Below are positions 24,723-39,917 of a DNA stretch of 64,000 nt, piece after piece. Position 1 is the first letter of the stretch; each line of letters starts with the position of its first letter. Under the pieces are notes generated by a model. The model had not been told where the DNA came from. It did no database searches and saw only the letters and a program-made list of their open reading frames with translations. This DNA comes from Eledone cirrhosa (taxonomy: Eukaryota). Both the position numbers and the translations under genes were made by a program. The stretch lies in the NCBI GenBank assembly GCA_964016885.1, contig OZ024741.1, forward strand, positions 353,648,001 to 353,712,000, in the 5' to 3' direction.

Positions 24723-27090
24723 TTGAATGTATGTATATATAAATATTCATACGAACAGAAGAATAATCGGTGTTACCCAGGTTGAAAATTGTCATAAATG
24801 TACTAGAATTGTGCTTATTGAAGAGAAATTTAGTCTGGAAGGGTAGTCTACCTAACTGAATTTCTCTTAGATTTGTGTTTAAAAGTTAGCGTTTCCTTAA
24901 GAAATAAATTTTTCTTAGCTTTCGTCTAATTCACTGTGCTACATAAACGCATTCAATACGAATAGTATTCGTCATAATTCCAGTGTGTAAATACCTTGTA
25001 GCTAATCCATGCATATTAAATATGAACAAATGATTAAGTGAAATTTTTAATTAACTAATATTTATGAACATTATTTTTCTTGAAATATTTGAATTCTCTG
25101 AAGAAAATTCTAATTACTAGAAACCAAGATAACGATAGGCGAACGACCAATGACAATAAAATCTTTCTTATAAAATGTGTAAAACAGAGTGACACGATAC
25201 AACCCACAGATCCAAATATTGGAACTGGCCTTATGCAATATGTGAAACAATAAAGAAATGAGTTTCAGAATTGCGATGAACCCGAACTTTATGAAATTAG
25301 ATCTTCATTGTTTATAGCTTTAAGAATGCTGGACGCTGCTATGATAACACTTACGGATGAACAATGATTTAGTGTTTTCCCGTAGGGAAATAATTATAGA
25401 GATTTGTTAAGGAAGAGAGGCTTCCAACTGTTGTGCATCCTCCATGGGCAATGCAGGATATTCCTGTTAAACATTTTTTCTGCCAACTCTCCATACTCTC
25501 ATTTGGCAGCAGATCACTTTGTAAATATGTGGCATCTTTTCCATTATAGTATTGATAGAAGCATCATTAAAAAAAGACAACAATTCTACTATAAAGAAAA
25601 ACTGGAGCAAAGTACCTTTGAATCAAAATGCAATTACGTGTAAGAAAAAAGTCAGAAATAAGTGTACTGAAAGAATTGAAAATATAAGCACTGAATTTCC
25701 AGTGCTTTACAGGAGATATCACTATACAAAAAGCGTACAGATTGACAGTTAAGATTAACTGAAAGAATAGAAGATAGAGTGAGAGAGATAGAAAGTGTGA
25801 TAAAAAAAAAAGAAAAATGCAAAAAATAAAAGAAAGACAGAGAATCGGAAAATAATAAAGAAAAATTAAAATGATGTGGTTGTGACGACAACGGAAGTGG
25901 CAACAGCAAAGTACACTTTGTAATTGGTCGATAGCTTTTCCGTAGCATTTTGATGCCTTTCAGCCTTTCGGGGTCGATAATGTAATTTGCAATCAAGTAC
26001 TGGTTCATATAATCAACAGTTCCCTCATACCAAAGTTTCTAGCCTTGTGTCTATGTTAATACAAATTCAATAGTAAATTAAAGAAAACCAAATCATACAA
26101 ACTGACCATTACGGAGAAACTGAAAGAATAAATGAAAGCGATTAGAAAGCGAGAAAGAAAAAGAAGGTGAAGAATGAAAGATAGGGGAAGAGATGAGAGA
26201 GTAGAAGTAAGAGGTAGTAATTGTATCAGAAAGATAGACTGACAATTATCTATCATTGCATCTAGTGAAAGCTAAAATACGATGGAGAAGAGAGATGCGT
26301 GTGAAATGGATGTTTGTGTGGAAGAGATGTACATTCTGCAGGATCTAATGAGCAGAGACAGTTGTAATGACAGTAGAAAAATCGTTGGCAGAATTTCTTT
26401 CAATATTGTGCGTGGCTTGAGAATATTGAAAATAGAGCACAGAAGTTAATGATGAAAACTCACAAGCTGGCATTCGGCACTTTATTCGTGCTTAGTTGCC
26501 AAAATAACGATGTTATGTCCATTTAAAATACATCGTAAGGTTTCTTGTTTATTTTAACATATGTGGTATTTTCCTTTGTCTCTACTATTACTCAGAAGAA
26601 AAAATTGTACTGTAACATTAATATTGTACAATGAATAACCTTTAACGGAGGATGATAATTATACTCCACTATAACTGTATTTTTCTTTCCGTGTGCGTTG
26701 TTTCTTTGTTATATTTTCTAAGTTCATATTTTATTTCTTCCTCGACATATACCACAGTCATTTTTTTAAATCAAATTTCCCCAATACTAATTTGCACAGT
26801 TTGTCATTTCAGGATCTCTAATATATTGGTGTTCATTCTATGACTGTACATCTTCCCAACACAAAGTGTAGCTTTCTGCCTTGTAAAATACATTATTATC
26901 ATGGTCGATGAAATATAGTCCAGTTACATACTACTATCAATTAAATTATCTTTGCAGTCATCTCTATGAAAATTTGTCATTTGCCTATATAAATAAATAA
27001 ATGTTATACAATATATAACATCCATCCTTGGTAATACTCCGAAAGGTAGTGGATAATTCGACCCTCAGTAAACTGTTGGTATTGTTTTTT

Positions 27091-27245
27091 TGGCAGTATC
27101 GGTAGAGCATCAGACACCATGCTTTGCAGAACAGAGTTATAGCCCCTTATGATCTGAGTTTAAATTCCGTGGGGTCGATAAAATAAAGTACTAGTAATGC
27201 ACTGGAATAATTACTGGCCTTGTGCCAAAAGTAGAAACAATTATT
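27091..27245 (+). mobile_element. tRNA-derived SINE, family 1 (internally deleted)
   Basis: tggcagtatcggtagag..gagtttaaattccg..ggggtcgataaaataaag..agtagaaacaattatt. Confidence 0.85.
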
Positions 27246-28314
27246 TTATCACTTTAACCATATTGGAAGGTAGCGTCGACTTTTTTTTCTTTACAGCCAA
27301 AATAGCATAACTTAATTTTACCAAACAGAAAACTTTATTAATCTAATTATCTTTCAAGATTTGTAAACCATGAAAAATAACTTACCAAACTTAACGTTCT
27401 CAGAAAAACAAAATTCGCACTTGTAGTCTATATCCGAGAATAAAGACTATTGTTATAATACTGCTATTTCATCTGTTGGTGTGCAATTGAGCGTAGTGGT
27501 GTCCAAATTCTGCTAATATTGCTGATATTCATTTTAGAGCATGTAATTTTCTTTGGGGTCTGCACAAATCTATTTTATTTATGAAGAGATGGCATATGTT
27601 TGGTTTCATCGATTAGTCTTTTCCAGTTGTGTTTGTGGTTAATGTAATTTGAAAGAGTTTTAACCGGAAATCAAAACTGTATCGTGACTTACCTAATACT
27701 TAACTTCATTAGGCACAAAGAAACAATCTTCTCTGGCTACTGAACATGGAAATGTGTGAATTACAGTCGTTTCTAAAGAAATTTGCGTCAACTCCAAATA
27801 AAAACGTGTACTGTGTCGCTCGCTACAGCCTTGAAATATATCAATCCGGTAGCTGATTGTATATTTCTATTGATGTCCTCTTCGCTATTTGAGAGGGTAA
27901 ACCGGCTTTGATTCCTGGTTAAAACCATTTTTTTTTTTTTTTTTTTTACATTGGGAAAATCAAGAACATAATTTGCTTGTTTCTTAACATAGAATAACGG
28001 AATTAATCTGTCTTTTCCAACTTAGCAGAAACGAAACTTACCGATGAAGTAAGTTATCTGTTAATAATTTAAAAATCAAACTTTTTTATATCACTCACTT
28101 GTTCCTATTCACTTAAGCCCTTGTTGCCCTGCTGTATGATAGATAATCCATTAAACAGAGCGGGTTACTTAATAATTAGATAACTGCTGAAATCACTCTA
28201 ATCGATGTTGTAGTATCGTTTGTGTACTTAACGCAAGCAGAATTCTATTTATTATTTCTCAGTTCGTAAATTAAGTTTTAATTATTTCCAACATACAAAC
28301 AGTAATTTATATAT

Positions 28315-28396
<82 letters not shown>

Positions 28397-29162
28397 CGTT
28401 TATATATGTATGTGTGCACGTGAGAGAGAGAGAGGGGGATAGAGGGGGAGTGAGAGAGAGAGAGAGGGAGAGAGAGAAAGAGTCACTTCTTCGTTATATA
28501 GTTGTCAAAACTTGCATGAACAGAAATCAACTAGCAAGAAGAAGCAGATCTGTGTATTTTCAATTCTCTCTCTACTGAAACTACAGTCTTTCAGTGAGGC
28601 GGAAATATTAAAATGTTTCACAACAAACATAAAACAAAACAAATTGAAACAAAACTTTAAAAAAACTGTTGCAAAATGCCACATTAATTGCAAAATAATT
28701 CAAGCAGGCAGCAATAGAGAGTAGCATCAAACAAAAATGGTAATTTTAGCATCGAATGAAGCGTGTTTCAAAGTTTTTCATTTATTTTCTTAGATGTCGT
28801 CTTATTATTAATATTGTTATTATTTATTCATTTATTTATTATTGCTTTGTTGTTGTTCTAATTATAATTTATAGCAAGCACAATAGAAAAGCCGGAGTAA
28901 AATTATAAACACACATACATACACACATATCAATATAACTTAATAATCTTTATGTTTTTATACAATAAAATATTAAAGATCACTGAGTGACCTTTAAAGC
29001 TATAATGAGAGTCTATTCTGATCAGTAATGTTTTCCATTACATCTTTATTCAAATATCTGATTGAAATATCATTGTTTCTCTCTTTCTCCATCTCTAGCT
29101 TCCTTGTCTCTCTCCACCCACCCCTCTTTCTCTCTCTCTCAATCCCCCTTCTCTCTCTCAAT

Positions 29163-29205
<43 letters not shown>

Positions 29206-29749
29206 ATACATTCACACACACACACAGGCATATATTTGTCAATCTGTAGAAATGTCAATATATGTGTGAATAGCTAAATATATTCGCTCTCATCTCTCAT
29301 TATCTCTCTCTCTCCCTCTCTCTCTCTCTCTCACTCTCTCTCTCTCTCTCTCTAAATGTCAAGGAAGATTATGAAAGAAATTTGCTGAAAAATCAATGCA
29401 GTTATTTCCTTCTGTCAAAATATTAATGTGGGTCGCATAACACTCCGGGTCGTAGATAGTCGTAGACATGTTGAAAATGTTATCTTCGTATTTTGTATCT
29501 AGAACAAGTTCAGTAAATGTGATCCTCTTTCAGTCATTTCAGCGGGGGAAGGATTAGATCTAACAACCCATGTTGAGAGCATATTAACTCTAACTTTACT
29601 ATGTTCTGTATTTAGAGTATATCCAGATTTGTGTCCGCTAAACAGAATAACCGGTTGTCCATAGAATGGAAGAGCCAAATTTCACAAAACAATGACAGCA
29701 GCACCAATAGCAAAGTGATAGTAATAACAGCAACCAAAACATAATATCA

Positions 29750-32700
29750 TATGTAGCAGCCGCGAATGAATTAGATTGTTCTCCACTTCTAATGTCTACC
29801 ACTTTGACCGCCGCCGCTCCCATTAAAACGACAGTAAACATAGCCAAAAGAAACACCACTAACATCACCACCACCACAACCACCAACACCACCAACACCA
29901 CCAACACCACCACCACCACCAACACTACCACCACCATCATCACCACCACTACCACCACCACCACCACCACTGCCACTGCAACTATTGAAACAAAAAAATA
30001 ACACAAACATACCCAACAGCGACAACTAAAATGACAACAACCACATAAAAAACAACAACAATAACAATACATCTGCAGCAATAACTGCCAATAAGTACCG
30101 AACTGTTTTATGAACATCGCAGAAAAATGACACATGTTTGACTCAAACAGCCAAACTGATAAAAATTCCTGGGCTGGCGTAGCCATTACACCCGAGATGT
30201 TGACAGAAACGCAGAAAAGGATGGTGACTTACAAATGCATGTCCACAGACACGAAATGACTGGAACCAATAAACCAGGCAGAAGTTGAAAGAGCACTAGA
30301 AGAAATAATGTCCAATGTGCAATACATCGCGAAGTCAAGGTAGTTTGCGGAAATGTTCGTATTCTTTAAAAGAAAAGCTCTGGCCATGAAACACTTCGTG
30401 GTTCCCCGTCGTGGTTCTCGGTGCGGATGAAAATTTCCGGAATCCCACCAGAGGTAAACGTTTGGTGGACATTGGCTTGCATCGTCCTAGAGGGAAGCAA
30501 CACCCTCCTGGATGTGAACTGGTCTGGAATCAGTGTCAAGGCAATATTCCACATCCCACGAGACGATATCTACAAGATCATACACAGACCTCATTTGCCT
30601 TCGAGAAGTGGTGGACCTGCACCTTTTAGTAGAGGGCAGATGACCCCGTTGTCATCTGTGTGGGCAAAGTGACCACTTGAGAGCTCTCCTCTCTTTATTG
30701 CCAACACCAGGTGCCCTCAAACTGAAACAACAACAAAAACAACAGCAAATAACAACAAGAGTCGCACTAAACCTAGCAGCAACATCATCTTCAACAACGA
30801 AACCAATAATAGCAGCGGCAGCAACAATAACATCAAAAACAGCAATTGCAGCACCACCGACAGCAGCAACTGAACTAACGCACACTCACACTAAACACGA
30901 ACACATCTGCAACAACATCACTTCCACTCCCATGCTCACTGACGACACAACTACTTTCAACACCACCTTCAACCCTTCCACAGCCGCAACCATTCCCAAC
31001 TGAAAGAAAACACACAAAATCAACATTAATGACCACCTCATCGACCCCATACAGAAAACCTCGTGCTAGTAAGAAGGCTTCGTGTACCAAGGCCGTCATA
31101 CCACGAAGTAAATAGATTGGGAGAATGGGCAGGGGGGGGGGATCTTTTACACCAGCACCCTCAAAGTGCCACAGACAGTGATGATGGTTCGAATGGCACC
31201 AATGACATATAAGATCACAAAGAAGAGCTTCCCGTATGACGTGGGAGCCCCCAATGTAAGAGCGGCCAGTAGGCTTTTAAAATGGTTCCCAAAGCAAACT
31301 CCACCAAATATGGAGATCGAACCAACCGATTGCTAACAGCACCCGGAGGTTAAGTATCCCCCTTTTTCTCTTAACTTACCAGCCAACATTGATCAACGAC
31401 CTCAGGTCACTAGATATGGACGTGAGACCAGGATTTCCGCCACGCGCGCATTAGGCCCCGTTTTTGACGAATATAAAATATCTTTGTTGGCCTGGAATGG
31501 GAGATAGAGTAGCAATGCTGTTTAGGAAAGGCCTGGATCTTGAGCTACGGGCGACTTCCTAGACCCGGCCGGTAAGTTGGTGATCCTGAACGTCAGCAAT
31601 AGCGATGGTGCTGCCTTTAGACTGAATGGCTGGATTCTTTCAGGTGTCTGGAAGCCTTTCTAGGAACGTCTCACCCTTTACTGTTAGCGGCGGACTGGAA
31701 TGGCATCTTGGACGCATGCTCAGAGTGTGAGAATAGCCGATAGAAGCAGGGCTTGTAAAAGCATCGAGAAACCGATCAGACAGTTCTAACTATCTTACAG
31801 GTACCGACTAGATTTCCTGAATGCGCCAGATCACGCGCTAGATCCGTCATGGATGACCTCTATCCTCCTTCTGTACGTACTGACCTCAAGCCACTACTGC
31901 AGAAGCTGGAACTGTTGCAGGGCTTCCCGCTTGAGCTGCGACGTGGAAGAGTTGCGTCAACATACGCAGTCGACATCACGCCAGAAATCGATGTGATCGG
32001 CAACTTCTTAGGGGGATATAAAACGTTGGCTGGAGCAAAAATCAACCCGGAAAAGTTGGTGGTTTTGCAGCTCGGCACCTAGAGAGGCTATTCTATTTCA
32101 TTCAACAGTGTCGTCGGACGCTTGATGGACGGACCGGTGAAGTTTCTTGAGATCTGGTTTGATCCTGACCTCCAGCTGGATGAGAACTGGAATGATGTGA
32201 CAAGTGGGGTGGCCACTCTCACCCAGAAATGGACAGAGAAAAGGTTATCGCTAAAAAATCGGGTGGAGGGGGTGAACGCATACATCGCGTCAGTCATCTA
32301 TAACCACCTGGCCGTCGCACCCTAACCCGGTCCGCTTCTCAGCAAATTGGAGCGCTTACTCTTCAAATATTTGTAACAGAGACATGTTTCACTGGTGAGA
32401 CAGTACATCTGCTCAGCTCCCTCTATGTGGATGGCTGGGTATGCCGTAACTAATGATGCGTAAACATGCACCGAGGCTACGGCACCTCCAGATATTCTTA
32501 ACCGGGGAATAATTATGGTCACCGTTTGTGAGACAGGTCTTTCCACAGATCTTCTCTTGGAGCTGCAGCTGTGGGTCAACTGAAGGCCGAGACTGGGCGT
32601 CTAGCATCTATAATGTTGTCAGGCTCTCACAGCCAGTCGGGCAATGGCGATCAGTGAAAATTCCACTCAAGAATTATGTAGAGGAATAGTGGTGGGTAAG

Positions 32701-33560
32701 TGCGACGATGTTCTAGGAGAAATTCTGGACGTCGACGAAATCGAACTAATCAGTCTGTTTCTGAGAACTTTCGAGTCGAGGACTATGGACATTTTCCAGA
32801 AATCTCTGGCTTGATAGTGCACTGCCAGTTCAAGACAGACTCAATAGGCACGAAATTGCTGTCAGATTGACCTGACTGAGATGCCTGCAAGGCACTGAAA
32901 CCGTTTCACATTCAGTCGCCCAGTGTCCGAACATTGTTACCTATAGAGTTTTTTTGAACAACTATTATCACGTGTAGGGATGGTCTCATCGTGAAGATCG
33001 CACCGTTGCCTTATTTTGGCCGGCAATGGTAGGTAGTTTTCCTGTATCTGGTAACCGTAGTGAAAGAGGTTGTGTGGTGGAAGCGACTGAAAGGACTGAA
33101 GACAGACACTTTCCTCTTCGATGGTGTGCTCATAAACTTTTTAAAGTTCCACTTGGAAAGGAAGGTGATTAGGGAGAAGGACATGCTCCCCCCCAGTACA
33201 TTTGTTAAAAGATTGATGAATATAAGAAGACTGACGAGTAGATAGACCTTCTCTGACCATGCGCTTGTAGGCTGGACAGTTTCGAAACCTTCTTATGGTG
33301 CTCTTTTAGGTTAGGGTGGTTTGGCATATGCAGGGTTCCTAAGTTACTACTGGAAGGTACTCCACTATTGGTGAATTGTTATTGTTATAATTTTATTGTT
33401 TATTGTTCTCTGTTTTATTTGATTACACGTCTTGAATATTTTCATCCGTTTGTAAATATCCACTATCCCTATCTTTTGTATTGTCCTACGTGTTTCGGAA
33501 GTAGAAGCAACAGGACTGGTAGAAAGAGACGGACCCATCGTAATCATAAACACTCCTAGC
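29750..33560 (+). mobile_element. Degraded Tx1/L1-type LINE (ORF1 with Thr-rich tracts and zinc knuckle; APE and RT remnants)
   Basis: ORF1 has MKISGIPPEV and VEGR*PRCHLCGQSDH. ORF2 pieces LKPLLQKLELLQG..AGAKINPEK..DGPVKFLEIWF..KEVVWWKRLKGL are colinear with the ORF at 49273-50980. Confidence 0.88.
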
Positions 33561-34650
33561 TAAATGATCCAAAATACGATACGTCAGACTGTAACGTGTC
33601 GTATTATTGGATTAAAGATTAGAAAAATAGAGAGAGCCACAGAGGTTCTATTGCAGAAGGATCAAGGCTCCGTATGGAACAAAACATCTTCCTCCAAAGA
33701 GACAGGGCTTTTGGCACGGTGGAGGGGAGATTTGCTACGGAAGAAGAAGTAAGATCTCACTCCATGAAGCCCTTACAGAGTGACGAGATCCTGCTCTCCC
33801 ATTCTACTGTGAAATTAGACTAAAAGAAAAGGGAAAAACTTCCACTCCTACCGATACCAAAGACCTCACCAACATCAACTATCACCAAACCCCAGATGAC
33901 ATCACAAAGTAAAGCAACAGCAACATTAACACCACTAGCAGCAACAAAATTAAACAAAACATCAACACCAGCACCACCAAGACCGACCAACACCAACAGA
34001 ACCATCACCAACAGGGCCATCACCACCAGCAACAACATCACCAACACCCATCGAGGACATGCTACTCCCCGACGTCACACAGTCAGACTTAGATTATGGC
34101 GAGGCTGAGGAACGGCAAATAGTCTGCCCTAAAAAGAAAAAGAGACTCTCCGTCTTCGCCCTCAAAACAAGAAGACGAAAGAGACAAAAAATATTAAAAG
34201 CCAAATGGCAAAAAACACAACACCTACATCCCCATCACCACAAGCAACTACATTGCCAACCCCACTGCCATCAACACCACAACAGTCACCACAAATACTA
34301 GCAACATTCCCCAAAAAACCTAGCCCACGCCTACAAAAACGACAAAAAGATACAAACATCATATACTATAGAGCAATAAATACTAACAACATAAAACTAA
34401 TGAACAACTTACAGCACAAGACCACAATGAGGCAGAAATATTTTATTTCACCCGAAAAGCCTATAAACAAAAATCATATAAATCACACAAAATACATACA
34501 CACACCTAAAATACAAAATTCCCCGATTCTATAGAGAATCTATACAGACATTTCAACACAAGAGCCCACGACCAGCATGAAGGACAGAACATCTTTACAC
34601 CAAAAAAATCTATGGTAATTGGGCTTTACCCTTTCTCCTCCTCTTAATCA
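33560..34650 (+). mobile_element. Probable further Tx1 ORF1-like fragment (Thr/Pro/Lys-rich)
   Basis: RQTVTCRIIGLK and Thr/Pro-rich low-complexity coding similar to 30300-31380. Confidence 0.45.
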
Positions 34651-34674
34651 ATCTGGCTCCACTCAAGATAGGAA

Positions 34675-34790
34675 AAGAGTTACGGCCATTTACGTTCTGA
34701 GTTCAAATCCCGCTGAGGTTAGCTTTGTCTTTTATCCTTACGGGGTTGATTAAATAAAGCACCAATAACGTACTAGGGTCAGTTTAATGA
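34675..34790 (+). mobile_element. SINE family 1 fragment
   Basis: gagttacggcc..gagttcaaatcccgctgagg..tccttacggggttgattaaataaagcacca. Confidence 0.8.
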
Positions 34791-35169
34791 ATCTAGTATA
34801 GAAAAGCTAGGAATTGCACCGAAAAATCTGTTGAATTAAAAATATTCCGTCATTTGTAATATTATATTATTTGTAGTTGGTACAACTGGAATGGTATACA
34901 ATTAACTATTCTATAAGAACATCGATACATTCTCTATAAGCATAGCTATATGCATGCATGTTCGAGTAAATAGCAATTCTAAGATCTGTGAGGAGGGGTC
35001 GTTGTGGCGACAGATTAGAAATGACTCAGTATTTCTTCCGATTCATTACAAATCTCACTTAGGTGAACTTTTCCTTACAGTAATGGGCATGGATTCTTCC
35101 TCTATCTCTCTTAATTATTTTTCTTTTCTATTTCTCTTTCTTTCTCTGGATGACATTGGCTGTTATGAA

Positions 35170-35900
35170 GTAGAGAGGGATGAGGTCCACCAGATTTTAA
35201 ATGTACAAGGCACACTGTGCATCAGGACGGCGCATCTACCACTCCATCTTGAGTGAAGGGTCCTTTCATCCTTTTTAACGACCTGTGAACATTGTTTGGA
35301 CATTCTCATACAGAATTTGGTAACTTTCAACATTGTACTTATCCTTGATTAATAGATAGAGTTACACAAATGCCCATCCTGGCAACTTTGTTACTTTCAC
35401 CCACCTTTCTACTTCATGTTGTACTCGAAGAAGAAAGCGTGATCTTGATCGGAGAGATAAATTCCGGTCCCCAACTATTTCTGGTGTCTTCACAAGTCTA
35501 CTTCTTTCGCGATATCCAGACAGATAAACATATTGTACCTTTCCAAAGTGGGGTGATGAAACCGTCTTCAGCTGAAACAAGGACGACAGCGGGAACAATT
35601 GTACACGTGATAACAGTCATAGGATATAGTTTTATGTTTCAGCGGTCCTCGAACGCTAAATGAATGTTCGAATAACGATATACCAGCATTCCGCTAAATT
35701 CGAACAATTACAACTGACGGCGCTTTCAAGCTTGTAGCACTTAATGTGAACAGGCAATGTCTCTCTTTAACACTGCAGGTCATGGATATTTGGAACTTGT
35801 CTATAATCATTGAATCGAACGTCTTCTTGAGTCGGCCTTCGACGACAACTATTGTCTCCCATGAGGACGATGTTTCTCATGCTTACCAATAAAGCTTTTT
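35170..35900 (-). mobile_element. Heavily decayed Tx1-type LINE pieces
   Basis: ERWVKV C-terminus and IAKEV motif, as in the 49273-50980 ORF. NIVLMGD (APE-like) near 35860. Confidence 0.55.
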
Positions 35901-36149
35901 AGAACGCAACGAATGGCATTCATTTAGCCACATTGCTCAACTGGTAAACTAGTGGTGGGAGGATTGTAGTCAATGTTGGTAATGTCTCAGAAGAATCATT
36001 TGCAATGTGAAATGGGAGTGAACAACATTCTTTTAATGTTTTATTCACTGCACTGTATTGAATCACTATGATCCTTCTATCAAGTCCATCGATACCACCA
36101 GCACCGCTATGGTAGCCCTTAATATATTAGTTGTTTAGTATATCAGTTC

Positions 36150-36932
36150 AACTTAGATATCTGCATTGCTTTATTGTACTACAATAAAACTCACCTCCTA
36201 CATTAACTTGCTCCTTAACGGTTGAGCGCTAACTCTCATATTGGATACCTTTTGATGGTCCTTTACATTTTTCTTCTACAACATGGATTATTACAACATA
36301 ACCAATTCAACTAAAGACATTCCTATACCTGGTAAATCTGAATTCACCAAACTTCTAATTGAAAAAACTGACTCCTTTGTAAGAAAGCTTAGATGGATAG
36401 CTTATTTCTATGATCAGCGCCTAAAAGGGAACTTCTATACCAAGGAACATAACTTCCTCGATCATCTATTTAATTCTAGAAGAAATCCTCCTTCCAACCA
36501 AAATCTAGTGCAATTCGAGGAAGAGTTAACAAATATTATAAAATATCTTAAATTCAAGAGATATCCTTACAAAGGACAAGAGCACCTTGTAAATCTCAAG
36601 AACACAATTTCAAACCTAAATTCCTCAAAAAATGTTTTAGTCCACTCTGACAAAACCAATAATTGATATGGTATTTCCAAGGATAATTATAACAACCTTA
36701 TCCTAAAGGAACTTAGGAAAAAATATCGTAAAACCAACCATGAACAGTTCTCTATCCAAGACTTGCAATCTCTGTCTAAATGAAAAATTTACCATTATAT
36801 CTAATTTAGATTCTATAATAAATAGACGCACTGACTTGTTTTCTATCTGCTTGCATAAATTCCACAGAACTTTCCATAAAGTATACAGCTAATATCCTAA
36901 ACTTTATCAATTCAGAATCCTTTTCTCAAAGG

Positions 36933-36966
<34 letters not shown>

Positions 36967-37849
36967 CTTCTTTAAAAATATACCCATCTTTCTACCTTAT
37001 TTCAAAGTTATTTATTATATTCTATATCACTCCTATTTATCACTTCCCTTTCTTCCTTTTCCTTTTCTTTTCTTTTTCTTTTAATTTCTAACCCCTAATC
37101 TGTACATTTTCTCACTGTGCCTAACATAGAAACAATTATTACACAATACACTATATTCTTACTTTATATCACCTTAAAAAAATCCTTCGTAAACATAAAC
37201 ATTTTTTTTGACGTTAGATTATTCATCCTCTATTCATTATTATTTTTTTCTCACTTTCATCTAACTTATTCATGCTCATCTCACAATACATCCTTACTTA
37301 CATTACTTTTGGGTTTTTTTAATAATACATATCAACATTTTCTTTCCATCGCACATATTATTAAACCCTTCAATATACAAACCTTAACTTTACATTATTT
37401 TTCTCTTCGTTAATTTTCAAATCCTTTTAATTTATACATTATCTTCCAACGGTTTTTCAACCTCTCTATGTAAAACAATATATTTTTCTCAGTTACAAAA
37501 GCTATCTCTCTCTCTCTCTATCACCCATCTCTCCTCCTATCTCATCCTTCCTCATTATACTCCTCCCCCTCCACTTTTTACTCTCATCTCCTCCTCTTTT
37601 TCATCCTTTCCGACCCACCCACCCCCCTCAAAAAAATGTTTTCCCCAATATCACACATCAATCTAAAATTACTTTTCATATGTTGATTTAAAACTGCACT
37701 ATCCACAAGTGTTTTTAACCTTCATATCATGTCTTCCTATTTTATCTGATGAAAACACAAATGTTATTGCATATTTGTTTTTGAAATGCGCATAATAAAA
37801 TACATGGAACTCATTTAACCATCTTTTGATCTTATATATTATATATATA

Positions 37850-37857
<8 letters not shown>
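36150..37857 (+). mobile_element. Internally deleted PLE, family A (Hydra-like)
   Basis: N-terminus STKDIPIPG..RKLRWIAYFY..HSDKTNN (36283-36666). Jumps near 36750 to the C-terminus SKTCNLCLNEKF..INRRTDLFSICLHK. Followed by 3' UTR and a pseudo-LTR ending in (TA)n. Confidence 0.88.
37739..37801 (+). ncRNA. Type I hammerhead ribozyme, family A
   Basis: attttat-CTGATGA-aaacacaaat..atttgttttt-GAAA-tgcgca-TA-ataaaat. Confidence 0.85.
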
Positions 37858-37938
<81 letters not shown>

Positions 37939-37942
<4 letters not shown>

Positions 37943-38024
37943 AGGTGTCCCCCAAAAATGTATACGCAAAATGTATACAGCAATATAATAAGTATATGTT
38001 TTGGGGGATAGGGGACACCCTGTA
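37939..38024. mobile_element. Tc1/mariner-type MITE
   Basis: caaggtgtcccc ... ggggacaccctg flanked by TA. Confidence 0.7.
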
Positions 38025-39073
38025 TATATATATATATGAGTCGAGTTGTTTTTTCTTCGTGAAATGATAAGTTTGTATTAAATGCTACATTAACGAGCTT
38101 AGATGTTACCAACTTACATTGTTATTCTAGGAGAGAAGAAATCAATATTCTCTGCAGCTGACAGGGATATAATTATTTATTAACAAGCTGGTAGTGCATA
38201 ATTGATCACAGAAAAACGTTTATCGACTCTGTACATAGAGGCCAAAGTAAGATAAGGGAAGTTGAGCTGAAACTACCTTCATTAATTACTTCACGTGTGC
38301 TTTAGAACGATTCTATCAGAACACTGCAGAGCAGGGATTTTTAAACACTATTTCCCTTTCCAACACAGGATTCGACCAGAACCCGATAAGCTGTCAAGGG
38401 GAATGAAATCTAAATTTATATGCATAAATTTACGGCATTTTTGTAGTGTATTAGTTTACACTTGATATTATATATATATGTGTATATATATGTCTGTCTG
38501 TGTGTATGTGTGTGTATGTGTGTGTGTGCGCGCGTATATATATATATATATATATAAGATAACAAGGTATCGTTTAAGGTAATCCAGCTAGAGGTTATAT
38601 TGTACAGCCGACCATGTTATTCGTCATTCTTTTACTATATATATATATATATATATGGTCGAAAAAAAATTTTTCTCTCTCGTCTACGATTTCACAGAAC
38701 TTATGTTTACCGAATTCGCAGACCAGACCCCTTCTTCCTCCCGTTAGACCTGTGCGAAATTCCTTCCTTGCTCACATTTCAACCAGGTTTGATGGTCTTT
38801 ATTCTCTCGTTCACGATTTCACCGAACTTAAATTCATAGAAATCTGGGACTTGTCTCCTTCTTCCTCACTTTCTGTTGCCTCACCATTTTGTTTGTTTAC
38901 TCTCGCGTCCCCTTTATTTACGTGTCCCAACGACTTTTTTTAGCCGTTGCTCGCACCAACCGGAGGTATATGGTCTTTAAAGCGATGAAATGCCTATGAT
39001 AGTTGGAAGATCACTGATGAAGGACAAATCTTTTTCATATGTAACCCATTTGCAACTCCGCAGCGCCCTTATT

Positions 39074-39140
<67 letters not shown>

Positions 39141-39469
39141 CGATATTTAATATAGAAATTGCTTCTACAGGAGAAGAACAGTTTCATTCGTATTAAATCA
39201 TCAGGAATGCTGGAATCGTTGATGTCACCTGGCATTCTTGATGAAAATACAAGAAGGCCGGATTTCAATATCTTCCTTTAATGATTCACTATTACATAAT
39301 ACGTATTTCTATGGCCATCCGACCGTGATGCAAGACAATCAGGACGTTATCTGATGTAATTAATGAATATAAACGAAATAAAACAGTAATCCTTACTGAA
39401 TTTATACGGAGACAGCCCGGCTAGGGATGCCATTATGCGTCTTTTCCATATCGGCTTCATTTGGCTATG

Positions 39470-39516
<47 letters not shown>

Positions 39517-39517
39517 T

Positions 39518-39548
<31 letters not shown>

Positions 39549-39721
39549 TCTGCTGCTTCTGCTGCTGCTACTACTACTACTACTACTAAAATACAAATCA
39601 TGTAATTGTACAATTTCAAAGGAAGATATTGGAATCCCACCTTCTTGTATTTTCATTGAAGCACACACACAAACACACAAACACACACACATATACATAC
39701 ACACACACACACACACACATA

Positions 39722-39760
<39 letters not shown>

Positions 39761-39917
39761 AAATACACAGATACATGCGAATACATACATGTACATGCAT
39801 ATACACACATATATCCCTGAATTTGTGTGGTGCCAACCTTAACCATTGTTGCTCTATGATTGATAGGGACAAAATAATCTGAATGAATTAAATTGACTCT
39901 ATATCAGAGCTATATAA

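Noticed and set aside
27385-27745. Two possible minus-strand micro-exons ending in GTAAGT (DYKCEFCFSENVKF; AREDCFFVPNEVKY*)
   Set aside because: The acceptors are weak, one contains a stop, and such matches are expected by chance in AT-rich DNA.
29638-31099. Thr-rich or Val/Gly-rich ORFs as a mucin or membrane protein
   Set aside because: These are low-complexity tracts within the decayed Tx1 ORF1 region, interrupted by stops.
39170-39210. Hammerhead-like cores at 39170-39210 (-), 41905-41950 (-), 7285-7315 (-) and 39010-39040 (+)
   Set aside because: CUGANGA and/or GAAA are present but stems I/III do not pair. At best these are decayed remnants and were not counted as ribozymes.
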